Shown here piece by piece: positions 1-9,075 of a DNA stretch of 64,000 nt; positions within the stretch are counted from its first letter, which is position 1; each line of letters begins with the position of its first letter. The stretch comes from an uncultured Actinomycetes bacterium (GTDB lineage Bacteria > Actinomycetota > Thermoleophilia > RBG-16-64-13), in contig CAWFCN010000001.1 of NCBI GenBank assembly GCA_963814415.1, positions 34,533-98,532 on the forward strand, given 5' to 3'. The notes beneath the pieces are model-generated. The model did no database searches. It had not been told where the DNA came from and saw only the letters and a list, made by a program, of their open reading frames with translations. The position numbers were made by a program, and so were the translations under genes.

Positions 1-1297
1 AAGTGCCTCCGCCGAAGTTCACCAGGTTGATCAGTGCCAGGTCCTCTTCGACCTCGGCGCGGCTCATGCCCAGATCGGTCTCGAGCGCCTGCCAGGTCAC
101 CAACTCAGGGCGCCGTTCGTCCAGCAGATAGGAGAGCAGCGACATGGTGCGCGCCAGGTGCTCCGGGGCGATGGGCTCCACCTTGGTGCGGCCTGTAGCC
201 TGAGGGTGCGAGGGCGCGGCTTTCTGAGGCCTGCGTGTCGGCGATTCGGGAGCGGGAGTCGCGTGGGCAGGCTGGGCAGCAGGCGCGGGGTCCTCATGGT
301 CGTGACTCACCTTTAGCAGTAGTTCGCGGGCCGTCGCCCGCAACTCCGGCGGATCCAACACTTCGGAGCACCCGCCCAGGCTGGTGAGCCACGAGAGGAG
401 CAGAGACTCGTCAGCGAAGGGGACCGCGAAGGTCGCGAAGCCCTCGGCATCGGCCAGCCAGCGGACGTGCGGGGCCAGCCGTTTGACCCACCAGGACAGG
501 TCTTCTCCGACGCTGATGGTGGCGGTGCCGATCACCGGTCCGATCAGCCACGGGGGTCGGGCTCGGTACTCTTCGGTGTCGTAGTCGGCAGGGATTGTGA
601 AGTCGCGGGGCTTCTCAGTCGGGAAGCCCACTGGTCCCTTGATCCTGCCCACTCGGAAAGTGCGCAGGGCGGAGCGCTGATGGTCGCGGCCTACCAGGTA
701 CCAATGGCCTTGGATGAGAAAGAGGCTGTACGAATCCACCGTCCGGTCTTGGGCGGCACCTTCAGCCGCGGGATACGAGAAGCGGACGGTCTTGCCGCGG
801 GAGACAGCATCCTCCAGCCGAGACAACTGGCGGCCGGCCAAACGGGCGTCCTCGTCAGGCGCGAAGACCACGGGTAACTGCTCCAACTCTTCGCGCACCA
901 GGTCCTGCCGGCCTCTCAGGATCGCCGTGAGCGCCAAACGGAGGGGCCGCGCATAGGCGAAGCGGCCGTCGAGCGCAGCCAGGGCAAGAGCGAGCGCCTT
1001 CTGCTCGGCCGGGGAGAACTCCACGGCCGGCAGCCGGAAGTCGTCCGGCTGCAGATAGTAGAGCTGCACCGTGTCCGACTCAGCGGTCTCGGCGCTGCTG
1101 AGTACCCCCACGTCGATGCCTATCTTGGCCAAATCGGCGCGGTCTCCGTGGAAGCGGCGCGCGAAGGTGTCGTCGGTCATGTCGGAATAGCCCTCCACGC
1201 ACTCCTGGACCTCGCGCGCAGTGAAGGAGCGCGGACGGCTGAGGAGGAACGAGAGGAGGGATAGCTGTCGGATGAGCTTGTCCTCGTCGCGGCTCAT
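1..1297 (-). CDS. pafBC: Fused PafB-PafC WYL-domain transcriptional activator (3' end outside window)
   Basis: Missing from the ORF track because it runs off the window. Manual translation from ATG 1297: MSRDEDKLIRQLSLLSFLL...VEGYSDMTDDTFARRFHGDRADL (PafB-type wHTH). The same frame reads through the linker near 300 into a second HTH, LARTMSLLSYLL...VEEDLALINLVNFGGG (PafC-type). Confidence 0.88.
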   Translation of the reverse strand, partial: MSRDEDKLIRQLSLLSFLLSRPRSFTAREVQECVEGYSDMTDDTFARRFHGDRADLAKIGIDVGVLSSAETAESDTVQLYYLQPDDFRLPAVEFSPAEQKALALALAALDGRFAYARPLRLALTAILRGRQDLVREELEQLPVVFAPDEDARLAGRQLSRLEDAVSRGKTVRFSYPAAEGAAQDRTVDSYSLFLIQGHWYLVGRDHQRSALRTFRVGRIKGPVGFPTEKPRDFTIPADYDTEEYRARPPWLIGPVIGTATISVGEDLSWWVKRLAPHVRWLADAEGFATFAVPFADESLLLSWLTSLGGCSEVLDPPELRATARELLLKVSHDHEDPAPAAQPAHATPAPESPTRRPQKAAPSHPQATGRTKVEPIAPEHLARTMSLLSYLLDERRPELVTWQALETDLGMSRAEVEEDLALINLVNFGGGT

Positions 1298-1303
1298 GTC
1301 GTA

Positions 1304-1309
1304 AGACTA
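1304..1309 (-). promoter_or_regulatory. -10 element TAGTCT, probable leaderless pafBC promoter
   Basis: TANNNT hexamer 6 nt upstream of ATG 1297, with no Shine-Dalgarno sequence. Confidence 0.45.
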
Positions 1310-1337
1310 GCGCACAACGGCCGGAGCGGTCAGCGTC

Positions 1338-1359
1338 TGTCCGGATAGGACTCTACAAT
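1338..1359 (+). promoter_or_regulatory. PafBC-dependent (RecA-NDp-like) promoter of the addAB-like operon
   Basis: TGTCCG(1338-1343)-N10-TACAAT(1354-1359), versus the mycobacterial consensus TGTCGG-N10-TANNNT: exact spacing, one mismatch. Confidence 0.7.
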
Positions 1360-1368
1360 GGATTTTAC

Positions 1369-4293
1369 ATGAGCGCGGCGACCCAAAGCGGCATCTCCCT
1401 GGTACTCGGCCCACCCAACTCGGGTAAGCGCGGCCTCGCGCTGGAGTGGTGGCAGGAGCGGTTGGAGAGGAGGCCGTTGGTCGTCATGCCCACAGCTCCG
1501 GATGCCCGAGACATGTCGGCCGAGATGGCCCGACGCATGGGCGGACTCGTGGGACAAGCCCCCGCCCTTACCTTCACAGGGCTGGTCGAGACCGTTCTAG
1601 GCCGCTCCGCCAGGCTTGTCGGGGAGTTCGAGCGTGCCTTACTGGTGGCGGAGGCGTTGCGGTCGGTCCCGCTGGAGGCGCTTGGCCCGGTAGCGCACCT
1701 TCCGGGTGTGGGCAACGCCGCCGATAGGCTGCTGCAGGACTTGGGGGAGAGCGGCAGACAGGTCGCCGAGGTGAGCGACGTCCTGAAACTCTGGGCGACT
1801 GCCGAGCCGGACGCGGCTCCTTTGGCCCGGGATGTGCAACGCCTGCTCACGGCCTACCAGGAGGCACTGGAGCGACTGGGGCTCACCGACCAACCTTCGG
1901 CGGTGCAGATGGCAACTGCCGCGGCCGCAGGGTGGTCGAGCCCCGTCGCTCTCTGCGGGTTCACGTCGTTCACGCGCGGCCAGAGGGCGCTGGTGCAGAG
2001 GCTTTCGCGCGAGACTGAAGTACTCGTCACTCTGAGCCACGAACGCGAAAGCGGCTATGGGCTATGCGCCCCAAGGGAAGCGGAGTGGTGGATAGAACAG
2101 GCCGACGAGATCATCGACGTCAGCCCGCGGACCCGGGCGTACGCGTCGGCGGCCATCGCCCATCTCGAACGCTTTCTCTTGAGCGGCGAGATCCCCTCGT
2201 CAGACCCTCCGGCGCAGAAGGAGGGCGAGGGGGTGCGGTTTCTGCTCTCCTCCGGTCGCCGCGCCGAGGCGATGTCGGTCGCGGAGCAGGTGGCGCGGCT
2301 CATCAGAGCGGGCTTCGACCCTGGCGGCATCGCCATCGTCGTGAGGCAGGTGCGGACGTGGGGGCGGCTGCTGGGCGATGTGTTCGCCTCGTGTGGCATC
2401 CCTTATCAGACCGACGCCAGCGAGCGGCTGGGCGAGACGGGCTTGGGCTACGCTTTCTTGCAGGCTCTCAGGGGCATGGTGGCCGATGATGCCGACGCGC
2501 TCCTGTCCTTTCTGCGGAGCCCATACGCGGGTGCCGCCTCCGAGGAGGTCTGCGACCTCGAGACTCGCTACAGGCAAGGGGTAGCCCGCGGGGCCAGCGC
2601 ACTGTGCGTGCTCACCGACCGCCGGACGATGGAGGCTTTGGAGCCGGTCATGGCTATGGTGCGGCGTCTGCCCGGCGCGCCCGCGGTGCGGAGCCTCGAC
2701 TTGGCAGCGGCCGGGGTCCTTGCCCGGCGCATGCTCTTGGCCACTGTCAAGGGCACGACGGTCGGCAGCATGGAGTTGGAGGCCGACGCTCGAGCCTTCA
2801 GGGCTTTGCAGGCCGCGCTGGAGGCGATGGGGCGATGGACCCCTGAAGCCGAGCCGCAGATTGCTTTGCGTCTGCTTGCGCAGGCCGGGGTGCCCGCGCC
2901 GCCGCAGACCGATCTGGGGGCCGTGCAGATAGTCAGTGCGAAGCGGGCCAGAGCGCGCAGGTTCGACGCCGTGTTCGTGCTGGGATTGGTGGAGGGAGAG
3001 TTTCCGGGTCAGCCGGACGTGCCCTCTCTGCTCAGCGCCGGCCGGCGGCTCGCACTCGACCGGGTGGCGGGCGAGCTGCTGCCTTCAGACCCCGAGAGCG
3101 ACCGGGCGTTGTTCGTGGGCGCCGCCACCAGAGCTTGGCGCCTGTTGTACCTGAGCGCGCGCGACACAGAGGATGACGGGGGGGAGGCGGTACCCTCGCG
3201 CTTCTGGAGCGAAGCCAAGGCCCTGCTGGGTGCGGGACAAGATTCGCACGAGTGGCGGACTCTGGCCGACCAGGTGTTCAGGGCCGGGTCGGCGCCGTCG
3301 CTGCGCCATTACCTCAGGGCGCGCGCCGCGGAAGGCCGAGGGTTGGGGGCCGTAGGCGTCATGGTCCCCGCGTGGCGTCGCGTGCCTGACCGTCTCACGG
3401 AGCCGGAGGTGCTCACTGAGTTGCAGGGTCTGGACTGCTTCAGTCCCTCGGCACTGGAATCGTACGCGGGCTGTCCGTTCGCGTGGTTCGTGGACCGGGT
3501 GGTGGGCAGGGAGGAGTTGGAGGCAGAGCTTGACGGCAGAGTGTTGGGTGATCTCATCCACGGTGTGCTCAGCAGGTGCTACCGCTCCCTGCAGGAGGAC
3601 GGCCTGCTGCCTCTGGCGCCCGAGCGTTTGGCGGAAGCGCAGAAGCGGGCGGATGCTCTCATAGGGCAGGAGGTCGAAGGGCCGGACTGTCCGGGCTCGG
3701 CGGCCGAACGGCGGGTCGCAGCGTTCAAGTTGCGCAGCATGGCGCGGCGCCTGTTCCAGGCAGAAGCGGCGTCGGGGGGCTGCTTGGTGTTCCAGACGGC
3801 CGAGGTCAGGGTGGGGGCTGCGGACGGGGTGGATATCGGTGGCCTGCGCGTCCGCGGGCGCATAGACCGCATCGACGGCACTCCCGACGGCGAAGGTCGT
3901 TTCGTGCTCGACTACAAGAGTGGGAGCATCCCGTCACCATCGGCCATAGGTACGGCGGAGGGCCTGCAGCTGCCGCTGTACCTGCTCGCCTTGGAGGCCG
4001 AGGAGCAGGGGCCTGGCACGTTGGGCGGGGCCTATGTGTCGCTCTCAGAGGGGGCGGTGTCCGGCGTGGTGAACGCCGGGCGTGAGGGGCTCCTGGGCGC
4101 CCGAGCAGGTAGATGCCGTTCACTGGAAGAGGCTGAGTGGCGGACCCTGGGCGAACAGGTGTTGGGCATCGCGCAGACAGCGGCTGAAGGCATGCGCGCG
4201 GGCATCATCGCACCCAAAGCAGATCGGGCCTGTCCGGCCTGGTGTGATCTTGCCCCTGCGTGCCGGTCTCGGCAGGGGGGATACAGGCCGTGA
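1369..4293 (+). CDS. addB: AddB/AdnA-like subunit: degenerate SF1 helicase plus C-terminal PD-(D/E)XK nuclease with Fe-S cysteines
   Basis: Degenerate Walker A GPPNSGKR; VFVLGLVEGEFP; SPSALESYAGCPF; RGRIDRID..DYKSG..LQLPLY; C-terminal CPAWC..C. Confidence 0.85.
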   Translation: MSAATQSGISLVLGPPNSGKRGLALEWWQERLERRPLVVMPTAPDARDMSAEMARRMGGLVGQAPALTFTGLVETVLGRSARLVGEFERALLVAEALRSVPLEALGPVAHLPGVGNAADRLLQDLGESGRQVAEVSDVLKLWATAEPDAAPLARDVQRLLTAYQEALERLGLTDQPSAVQMATAAAAGWSSPVALCGFTSFTRGQRALVQRLSRETEVLVTLSHERESGYGLCAPREAEWWIEQADEIIDVSPRTRAYASAAIAHLERFLLSGEIPSSDPPAQKEGEGVRFLLSSGRRAEAMSVAEQVARLIRAGFDPGGIAIVVRQVRTWGRLLGDVFASCGIPYQTDASERLGETGLGYAFLQALRGMVADDADALLSFLRSPYAGAASEEVCDLETRYRQGVARGASALCVLTDRRTMEALEPVMAMVRRLPGAPAVRSLDLAAAGVLARRMLLATVKGTTVGSMELEADARAFRALQAALEAMGRWTPEAEPQIALRLLAQAGVPAPPQTDLGAVQIVSAKRARARRFDAVFVLGLVEGEFPGQPDVPSLLSAGRRLALDRVAGELLPSDPESDRALFVGAATRAWRLLYLSARDTEDDGGEAVPSRFWSEAKALLGAGQDSHEWRTLADQVFRAGSAPSLRHYLRARAAEGRGLGAVGVMVPAWRRVPDRLTEPEVLTELQGLDCFSPSALESYAGCPFAWFVDRVVGREELEAELDGRVLGDLIHGVLSRCYRSLQEDGLLPLAPERLAEAQKRADALIGQEVEGPDCPGSAAERRVAAFKLRSMARRLFQAEAASGGCLVFQTAEVRVGAADGVDIGGLRVRGRIDRIDGTPDGEGRFVLDYKSGSIPSPSAIGTAEGLQLPLYLLALEAEEQGPGTLGGAYVSLSEGAVSGVVNAGREGLLGARAGRCRSLEEAEWRTLGEQVLGIAQTAAEGMRAGIIAPKADRACPAWCDLAPACRSRQGGYRP

Positions 4294-7200
4294 GCGGCGT
4301 GAGCGACATGGGGCTTTCGCAGGCCCAGGAAGCGGCGGTTATCGACACCGGACCGCAAGTGCTGGTAGCGGCCGCGGCCGGTAGCGGCAAGACCAGACTG
4401 CTGGTGGCCGCAGTGGTCAAGGCGCTGGTGGAGGAGCAACTTCCGGTCGAGCGACTGGTGGCGGTCACTTTCACGCGCAAGGCCGGAGCCGAACTAGCTT
4501 CTCGCGTGCGCGAGGCCCTACATGCTTGTGGGCGGCCCGACCTGGCGCGGGCTCTGGACTCCGCGGCCGTGGGCACCATAGATTCACTATGCCGCCGGTT
4601 GGTGAAGGACCAGGCTCTGACCGTGGGGGTCGACCCTGCGTGTGCGGTGCTGGAGGCCGAAGCGGCCGAGTTGGTCAAGAAGGAGGTCATCGGCAAGTCC
4701 TGGGAGGTCACTGTCGAGCGGGCCGACGAGACTGCGCTCGAGGTACTGGCCGCGCAGGGCAAGAACCTCTGCAGAGACGTCGTGGCCCTATATGACCGTC
4801 TGAGGGGACTGGGCCAGGACGAGCCCCAGATCATCGTGCCCGGCGCGGGTTCCGAAGAGGAGGCGAGAGAGCTTCTGGCGGGGGCGCTGCGGCGGGCGCT
4901 TGCGGCAGGCGCGGCGAACCCGAAGCCATCGGTCTCGCTGGCCGGCGACCTCGACAAGGTAAGGAGAGGTCTGGACTGGCTGGAGGGGGCCGCGGCCGAA
5001 CGCAATGGTGAGGCCGGGCTGCGGGCCAGCGCCGGCTTCTTCCCCAGCCGGCGGACGCGTGGCATGGAGGAGCACTTCGAGCCGGTGCGTTCCGCGCTCG
5101 CGGCCTACCGGTGCGTGCTGGCAGAGGCGAAGCTGAGGTCACTCGTGGACGTGGTGAACACGCTGCTTGCGGAGTTCCATCGCCGCTACACGACCCGCAA
5201 AGCCGAGCATGGACTGTTGGACTTCGCCGACCTGGAGCTCAAAGCGCGAGCCTTGCTCACTCAGTCGTCCTCCGACGGCGCAGGGGCCGGACCCCTGTGC
5301 GGCTCGTACCTGCTGGTGGACGAGTTCCAAGACACCAATGAGTTGCAGTGCACCATCCTGAGTGGTCTGGGAGCGGAGCGAGTGCTCATGGTCGGGGACG
5401 AGCGCCAGAGCATCTATCGCTTCCGGGGCGCCGATGTCGACGTGTTCAAGAGGCGTCGAGGAGCGCTGGCCTCCGGGGAGGGCCAGGGACGGCCCGGCGG
5501 GCTGCACAGACTCGACGTCAACTACCGCAGCGCCCCTGAGATCCTAGAGTTCGTCAACAGCTTGTTCTCGCAAGAGGGTCTCTTTGGCGAGGAGTTCGCC
5601 CTGTTGACCCCCGACCCAGACAGGGTGCCCCTGCTGCCGGCGGCCGCGCCGGCGCGCGTGGAGGTACTGGTGGCCGAGCGGCGGCGGGAGGGCGAGGGAG
5701 ACGGGCGTCTGGTCGCCATGCAACAGGCCGAGGCCGAGGCCTTGGCCGCTCACGTACGCGGCATGGTGGACCAGGAGGGTTGGCGGCAGCGCGACGTGGT
5801 GGTCTTGCTGCCGACTCAGACCCAGGTGGAGCTCTACAAGGACGCGTTGGAGGCGCAGGGCCTCAAGGCATATCTCGTCCGCGGCAAGGGCTACTACGCG
5901 CAAGAAGAGGTCACCGACGTCATCTGTCTCTTGCGTCTGCTGCTGAATCAGCATGACGACTTGTCGATGGTGAGCGTACTCCGGTCGCCCCTGGTGGGCA
6001 TGAGCGACGACGGGCTCTATCTGTTGGGCAGAGAGAGGCGGGCCCGCAAGGCGAGGTCGCTGTGGGACGCGACCCGGGGCAAAGCGGTCGAGGCTCTCAG
6101 CGCGGCCGACCAAGAGGCGCTCGCGCTGCTGGTGGAGCGGATGGCGCAGACAAGGCTGCGCGTCGGCAGGCCGGGGCTTGCTCGACTCATCGACGACACC
6201 ATCAGTGCGTTCTCCTACGACCTGTGCCTGCTGGAGGCGCCCGACGGGGCCCGGCGGTTTGCGAACGTGCGCAAGCTCATGCGGCTGGCAGAGGAGTTCG
6301 AACTGGCCAGCGGGCCCGACTTGGCCGCCTTCCTGTCGGTGGTCAGATCCACCGAGCAGGTGAGCGACCGGGAGGGTAGCGCGCCCACCCTAGGCGAGGG
6401 CGACGACGTGGTGCGTGTGATGACCGTGCACCAAGCCAAGGGGCTGGAATTCCCCGTGGTCGTGCTGGCGGGTTTGGGGGCGGATGGACATCGCCCGGAG
6501 ACCTCCACTTTCGCGGTGGGTAGTGACGGTCGGGTGGGGCTGTTCCTCAAGGGCTACCGCAACCCCACCTACGAGGGGTACGACCCCCATTGGGGTCCGG
6601 CCGCGCAGATCGCTGCCGAGGAAGTGGTTCGGGAGCAGGAGGAGGACGTACGTTTGCTCTACGTCGCCATGACCAGGGCTCAGGAACGGCTGGTGCTCGT
6701 CGGAGCCCGTCCGACGAAAGATTCCATGGAAGGCAGCCGGATCGGCCGAATCGTGGCGGGTCTGGGACTTTCGGCCTTTCCGGCGAGCGGAGAGGTGGCC
6801 TCTGTCGAGGGCCTCTCGGCCGCCGTGGTGGGTGTGGCGCCCGCGGCGGCTACGCAGCCTCGTGCAGCCGCATCGGGAGCCGACGCGGGCGGGTTCGGCG
6901 ACACACCCGGGTTCGGCGACGCGGTGGTTTCCCCCGAGCCCGACCCTCCGCGCTTCTTGGAGTTGCCCTCCGCTAACAGCGCACCCACGCGCCTGAGCTT
7001 CTCGGCGCTCGCGGCCTACCAGAGGTGTCCCCGGCAGTTCTATCTCGAGCGGGTGTTGGGCTTGACTATCGCCGGCGAGGTCTCGACCGATGAGAAGGGC
7101 TACCCGGAGACATCGCGCGAGCCCCTACTCGATGCCGATGAGGCGCGTGCGGGCCGCGACGTGGGCATCCTGGTGCATCGGTTGCTGGAGCAGTCGGCAG

Positions 7201-7772
7201 TGAGCAGCGCGCGTCCGGACGCCGAGGCGGTGCGCTCGGCGGCAGTTGGCGCGCTCGAGCAACTCGGTATGAGGCTGTCGGCGCAGGAGCTCGAGCGGGC
7301 GGTCGCGCTCACCTTGGCGGTGTGGGACTCGCCGGTGGCCGGTCGGCTGGGCCTCGAGTCGGCCGCTCGGGAGGCTCAGTTCCTGTATGCCGTGGGGGGC
7401 ACGGTGGTGTCGGGCATCATGGACCTCCTCTGCCGTGAGCCCGAGTGTTGGCTGGTCACCGACTACAAGACCAACGCCCTGCGCGGACGTCCGGTCGCTG
7501 AGGTGGCGGAGCCGTACGCGCTGCAGTGCGCAGTGTACGGGTTGGCGGCGCTCCGTGCCGGAGCGCCTTCAGTACAGATGGATCTTCTCTTCCTGGAGGA
7601 CCCGAGCGAGATGGTGAGCGTCAATTACGACTCCGTAGACGTGTCTCGCCTGGAGCGGGAGTTGATAGGAGCCTTCAGCGGACTCCGGCAGGGCAGTTTT
7701 CCGCGGCAGACAGGCAAGGAGTGCGAGCGCTGTCCGGTGGTGGCAGTCTGCAAGGCCATGGTGGCCGACTGA
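4290..7772 (+). CDS. addA: AddA/AdnB-like UvrD-family helicase-nuclease
   Basis: AAAGSGKT, TFTRKA, VDEFQDT, VGDERQSIYRFRGAD, NYRS, MTVHQAKGLEF, RLLYVAMTRA, nuclease DYKT; GTG start overlaps the addB stop (GTGA). Confidence 0.9.
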   Translation: MSGVSDMGLSQAQEAAVIDTGPQVLVAAAAGSGKTRLLVAAVVKALVEEQLPVERLVAVTFTRKAGAELASRVREALHACGRPDLARALDSAAVGTIDSLCRRLVKDQALTVGVDPACAVLEAEAAELVKKEVIGKSWEVTVERADETALEVLAAQGKNLCRDVVALYDRLRGLGQDEPQIIVPGAGSEEEARELLAGALRRALAAGAANPKPSVSLAGDLDKVRRGLDWLEGAAAERNGEAGLRASAGFFPSRRTRGMEEHFEPVRSALAAYRCVLAEAKLRSLVDVVNTLLAEFHRRYTTRKAEHGLLDFADLELKARALLTQSSSDGAGAGPLCGSYLLVDEFQDTNELQCTILSGLGAERVLMVGDERQSIYRFRGADVDVFKRRRGALASGEGQGRPGGLHRLDVNYRSAPEILEFVNSLFSQEGLFGEEFALLTPDPDRVPLLPAAAPARVEVLVAERRREGEGDGRLVAMQQAEAEALAAHVRGMVDQEGWRQRDVVVLLPTQTQVELYKDALEAQGLKAYLVRGKGYYAQEEVTDVICLLRLLLNQHDDLSMVSVLRSPLVGMSDDGLYLLGRERRARKARSLWDATRGKAVEALSAADQEALALLVERMAQTRLRVGRPGLARLIDDTISAFSYDLCLLEAPDGARRFANVRKLMRLAEEFELASGPDLAAFLSVVRSTEQVSDREGSAPTLGEGDDVVRVMTVHQAKGLEFPVVVLAGLGADGHRPETSTFAVGSDGRVGLFLKGYRNPTYEGYDPHWGPAAQIAAEEVVREQEEDVRLLYVAMTRAQERLVLVGARPTKDSMEGSRIGRIVAGLGLSAFPASGEVASVEGLSAAVVGVAPAAATQPRAAASGADAGGFGDTPGFGDAVVSPEPDPPRFLELPSANSAPTRLSFSALAAYQRCPRQFYLERVLGLTIAGEVSTDEKGYPETSREPLLDADEARAGRDVGILVHRLLEQSAVSSARPDAEAVRSAAVGALEQLGMRLSAQELERAVALTLAVWDSPVAGRLGLESAAREAQFLYAVGGTVVSGIMDLLCREPECWLVTDYKTNALRGRPVAEVAEPYALQCAVYGLAALRAGAPSVQMDLLFLEDPSEMVSVNYDSVDVSRLERELIGAFSGLRQGSFPRQTGKECERCPVVAVCKAMVAD

Positions 7773-7824
7773 GCGATGGTATAGAATAGGCGGCCGCCGG
7801 CGGAGTCGGCGAAGCAGCTTTCGG

Positions 7825-7898
7825 CGGGGTGTAGCGCAGCCTGGTAGCGCGCATCGTTCGGGACGATGAGGTCCCGGGTTCAAATCCCGGCACCCCGA
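7825..7898 (+). tRNA. tRNA-Pro(CGG)
   Basis: CGGGGTGTAGCGCAGCCTGGTAGCGC...TT-CGG-GA...GGTTCAAATCC...CACCCCGA cloverleaf; CCA not encoded. Confidence 0.97.
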
Positions 7899-7911
7899 CT
7901 TCTTGTGTGGC

Positions 7912-9075
7912 CTATTCTCCTACGGCCATGAATATCACCACCAGCACGTGGGTGCTCGACTCTTCCAGCGTTGTCGACTTGGGTGTCTTCGCGCTGCCCG
8001 CGGTGGTGGGCGGAGCCGTGGAGGTGGTGTACTCCCAACTGCTGGTCGCCGGCGGCGCCGAGAGCGAGGCCGAGAGTTCGGCCAGCGAGTACTTGTCCTG
8101 GAGCATCGCCTCGGCCCACGTGGTCACCTCGAGGCCCGGCTCAAGGCTCAAACAGACATACAGTCCCAGTGAATCGCACAGGGAGTTCAGAAGGTCTACC
8201 ACGGCCGCGGAGTCGTCTCTGGGTACGTAGGCCGCGAAGGCTCTGACGTCCGGAGACAGGTTTGAGTCCATAAGCCGGAGACCGGTCGCTCCGGTGAGCT
8301 CGGAGGCCACAGTGTCGGCCTGGGCGGCCGAGACCGGAGCGCCGTCAGTGGTGGCGAAGAAGAAGTAGGCCGGTGAGGTCGCACTAGAGAGGCCGGTCAC
8401 CATGGCGCTCTTCTCTTGCAGATACGGTCCGGACGGCTGCAGTGGCGTCGCCGCACGGGCAGGGTTGCTGGCGGTCAAGCCCGCGGCGGCCTCGCTGGAG
8501 TCGGTCGCGTTCTCGCCCGATCCCAGGAGGGCGGGGCTGGTGGTAGTGGAGAAGGCGGCCTCCGCGTCCCTGAGGGTCTGCGCCGAACCGGTATCGGACG
8601 AGAGAGTGGCCGCCAGGGTGGTCATGGTCTCGTCAAGTCCGGCCGGGGTGCGGGTGAAGGTGAGCGCCAGCGCCAGGGCCAGCACCGCGGCAGCTCCGGC
8701 CAGAGCGGGCAGCCAGGGGCCGGCCGGACTCAGCAGCGCGCGCTTCCGCCGCTCGGCCCTGCGGGCGGAGCGGCGCGCGGCGCGCACGGACTCCGTGGTC
8801 CGGGACACCTTCTCGAAGACCTGGGCCTGCAACTCCGCGGGCGCCTCGGCCAGAGGGGTCTGCCGGAACAGGGCCAGCGCGGACTGCTGCGCGGTGAGAC
8901 GGCGGGCACACTCCGGGCAGCCGTCAAGATGAGCTTGCACAGCCGCTTTGGTGGAAGTATCCAGGGAGCCGTCGACGTAGTCGACAGCCAGTTCGGCCCA
9001 GTCGTCCAGGTGGCCGGAGATCACCAAACCGGACGACAGAAGCGGATCGTTTGTCTTTCTGCCCCGCACCATCAC
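7912..9075 (-). CDS. Zinc-binding (zf-HC2) transmembrane anti-sigma factor
   Basis: HLDGCPEC (HxxxCxxC) near the N-terminus, one TM segment, Thr/Ser-rich extracytoplasmic part; coupled to the ECF sigma gene. Confidence 0.85.
   Translation of the reverse strand: MMVRGRKTNDPLLSSGLVISGHLDDWAELAVDYVDGSLDTSTKAAVQAHLDGCPECARRLTAQQSALALFRQTPLAEAPAELQAQVFEKVSRTTESVRAARRSARRAERRKRALLSPAGPWLPALAGAAAVLALALALTFTRTPAGLDETMTTLAATLSSDTGSAQTLRDAEAAFSTTTSPALLGSGENATDSSEAAAGLTASNPARAATPLQPSGPYLQEKSAMVTGLSSATSPAYFFFATTDGAPVSAAQADTVASELTGATGLRLMDSNLSPDVRAFAAYVPRDDSAAVVDLLNSLCDSLGLYVCLSLEPGLEVTTWAEAMLQDKYSLAELSASLSAPPATSSWEYTTSTAPPTTAGSAKTPKSTTLEESSTHVLVVIFMAVGE

Noticed and set aside
97-297. Separate pafC gene or 66-aa ORF downstream of pafB
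   Set aside because: The frame starting at 1297 has no stop across this linker and carries the second HTH; the 66-aa ORF is in another frame
1369-7772. Cas4 or anti-phage helicase-nuclease interpretation of the PD-(D/E)XK Fe-S proteins
   Set aside because: Size, domain order and pairing fit AddAB/AdnAB; no CRISPR array or cas genes seen in the window
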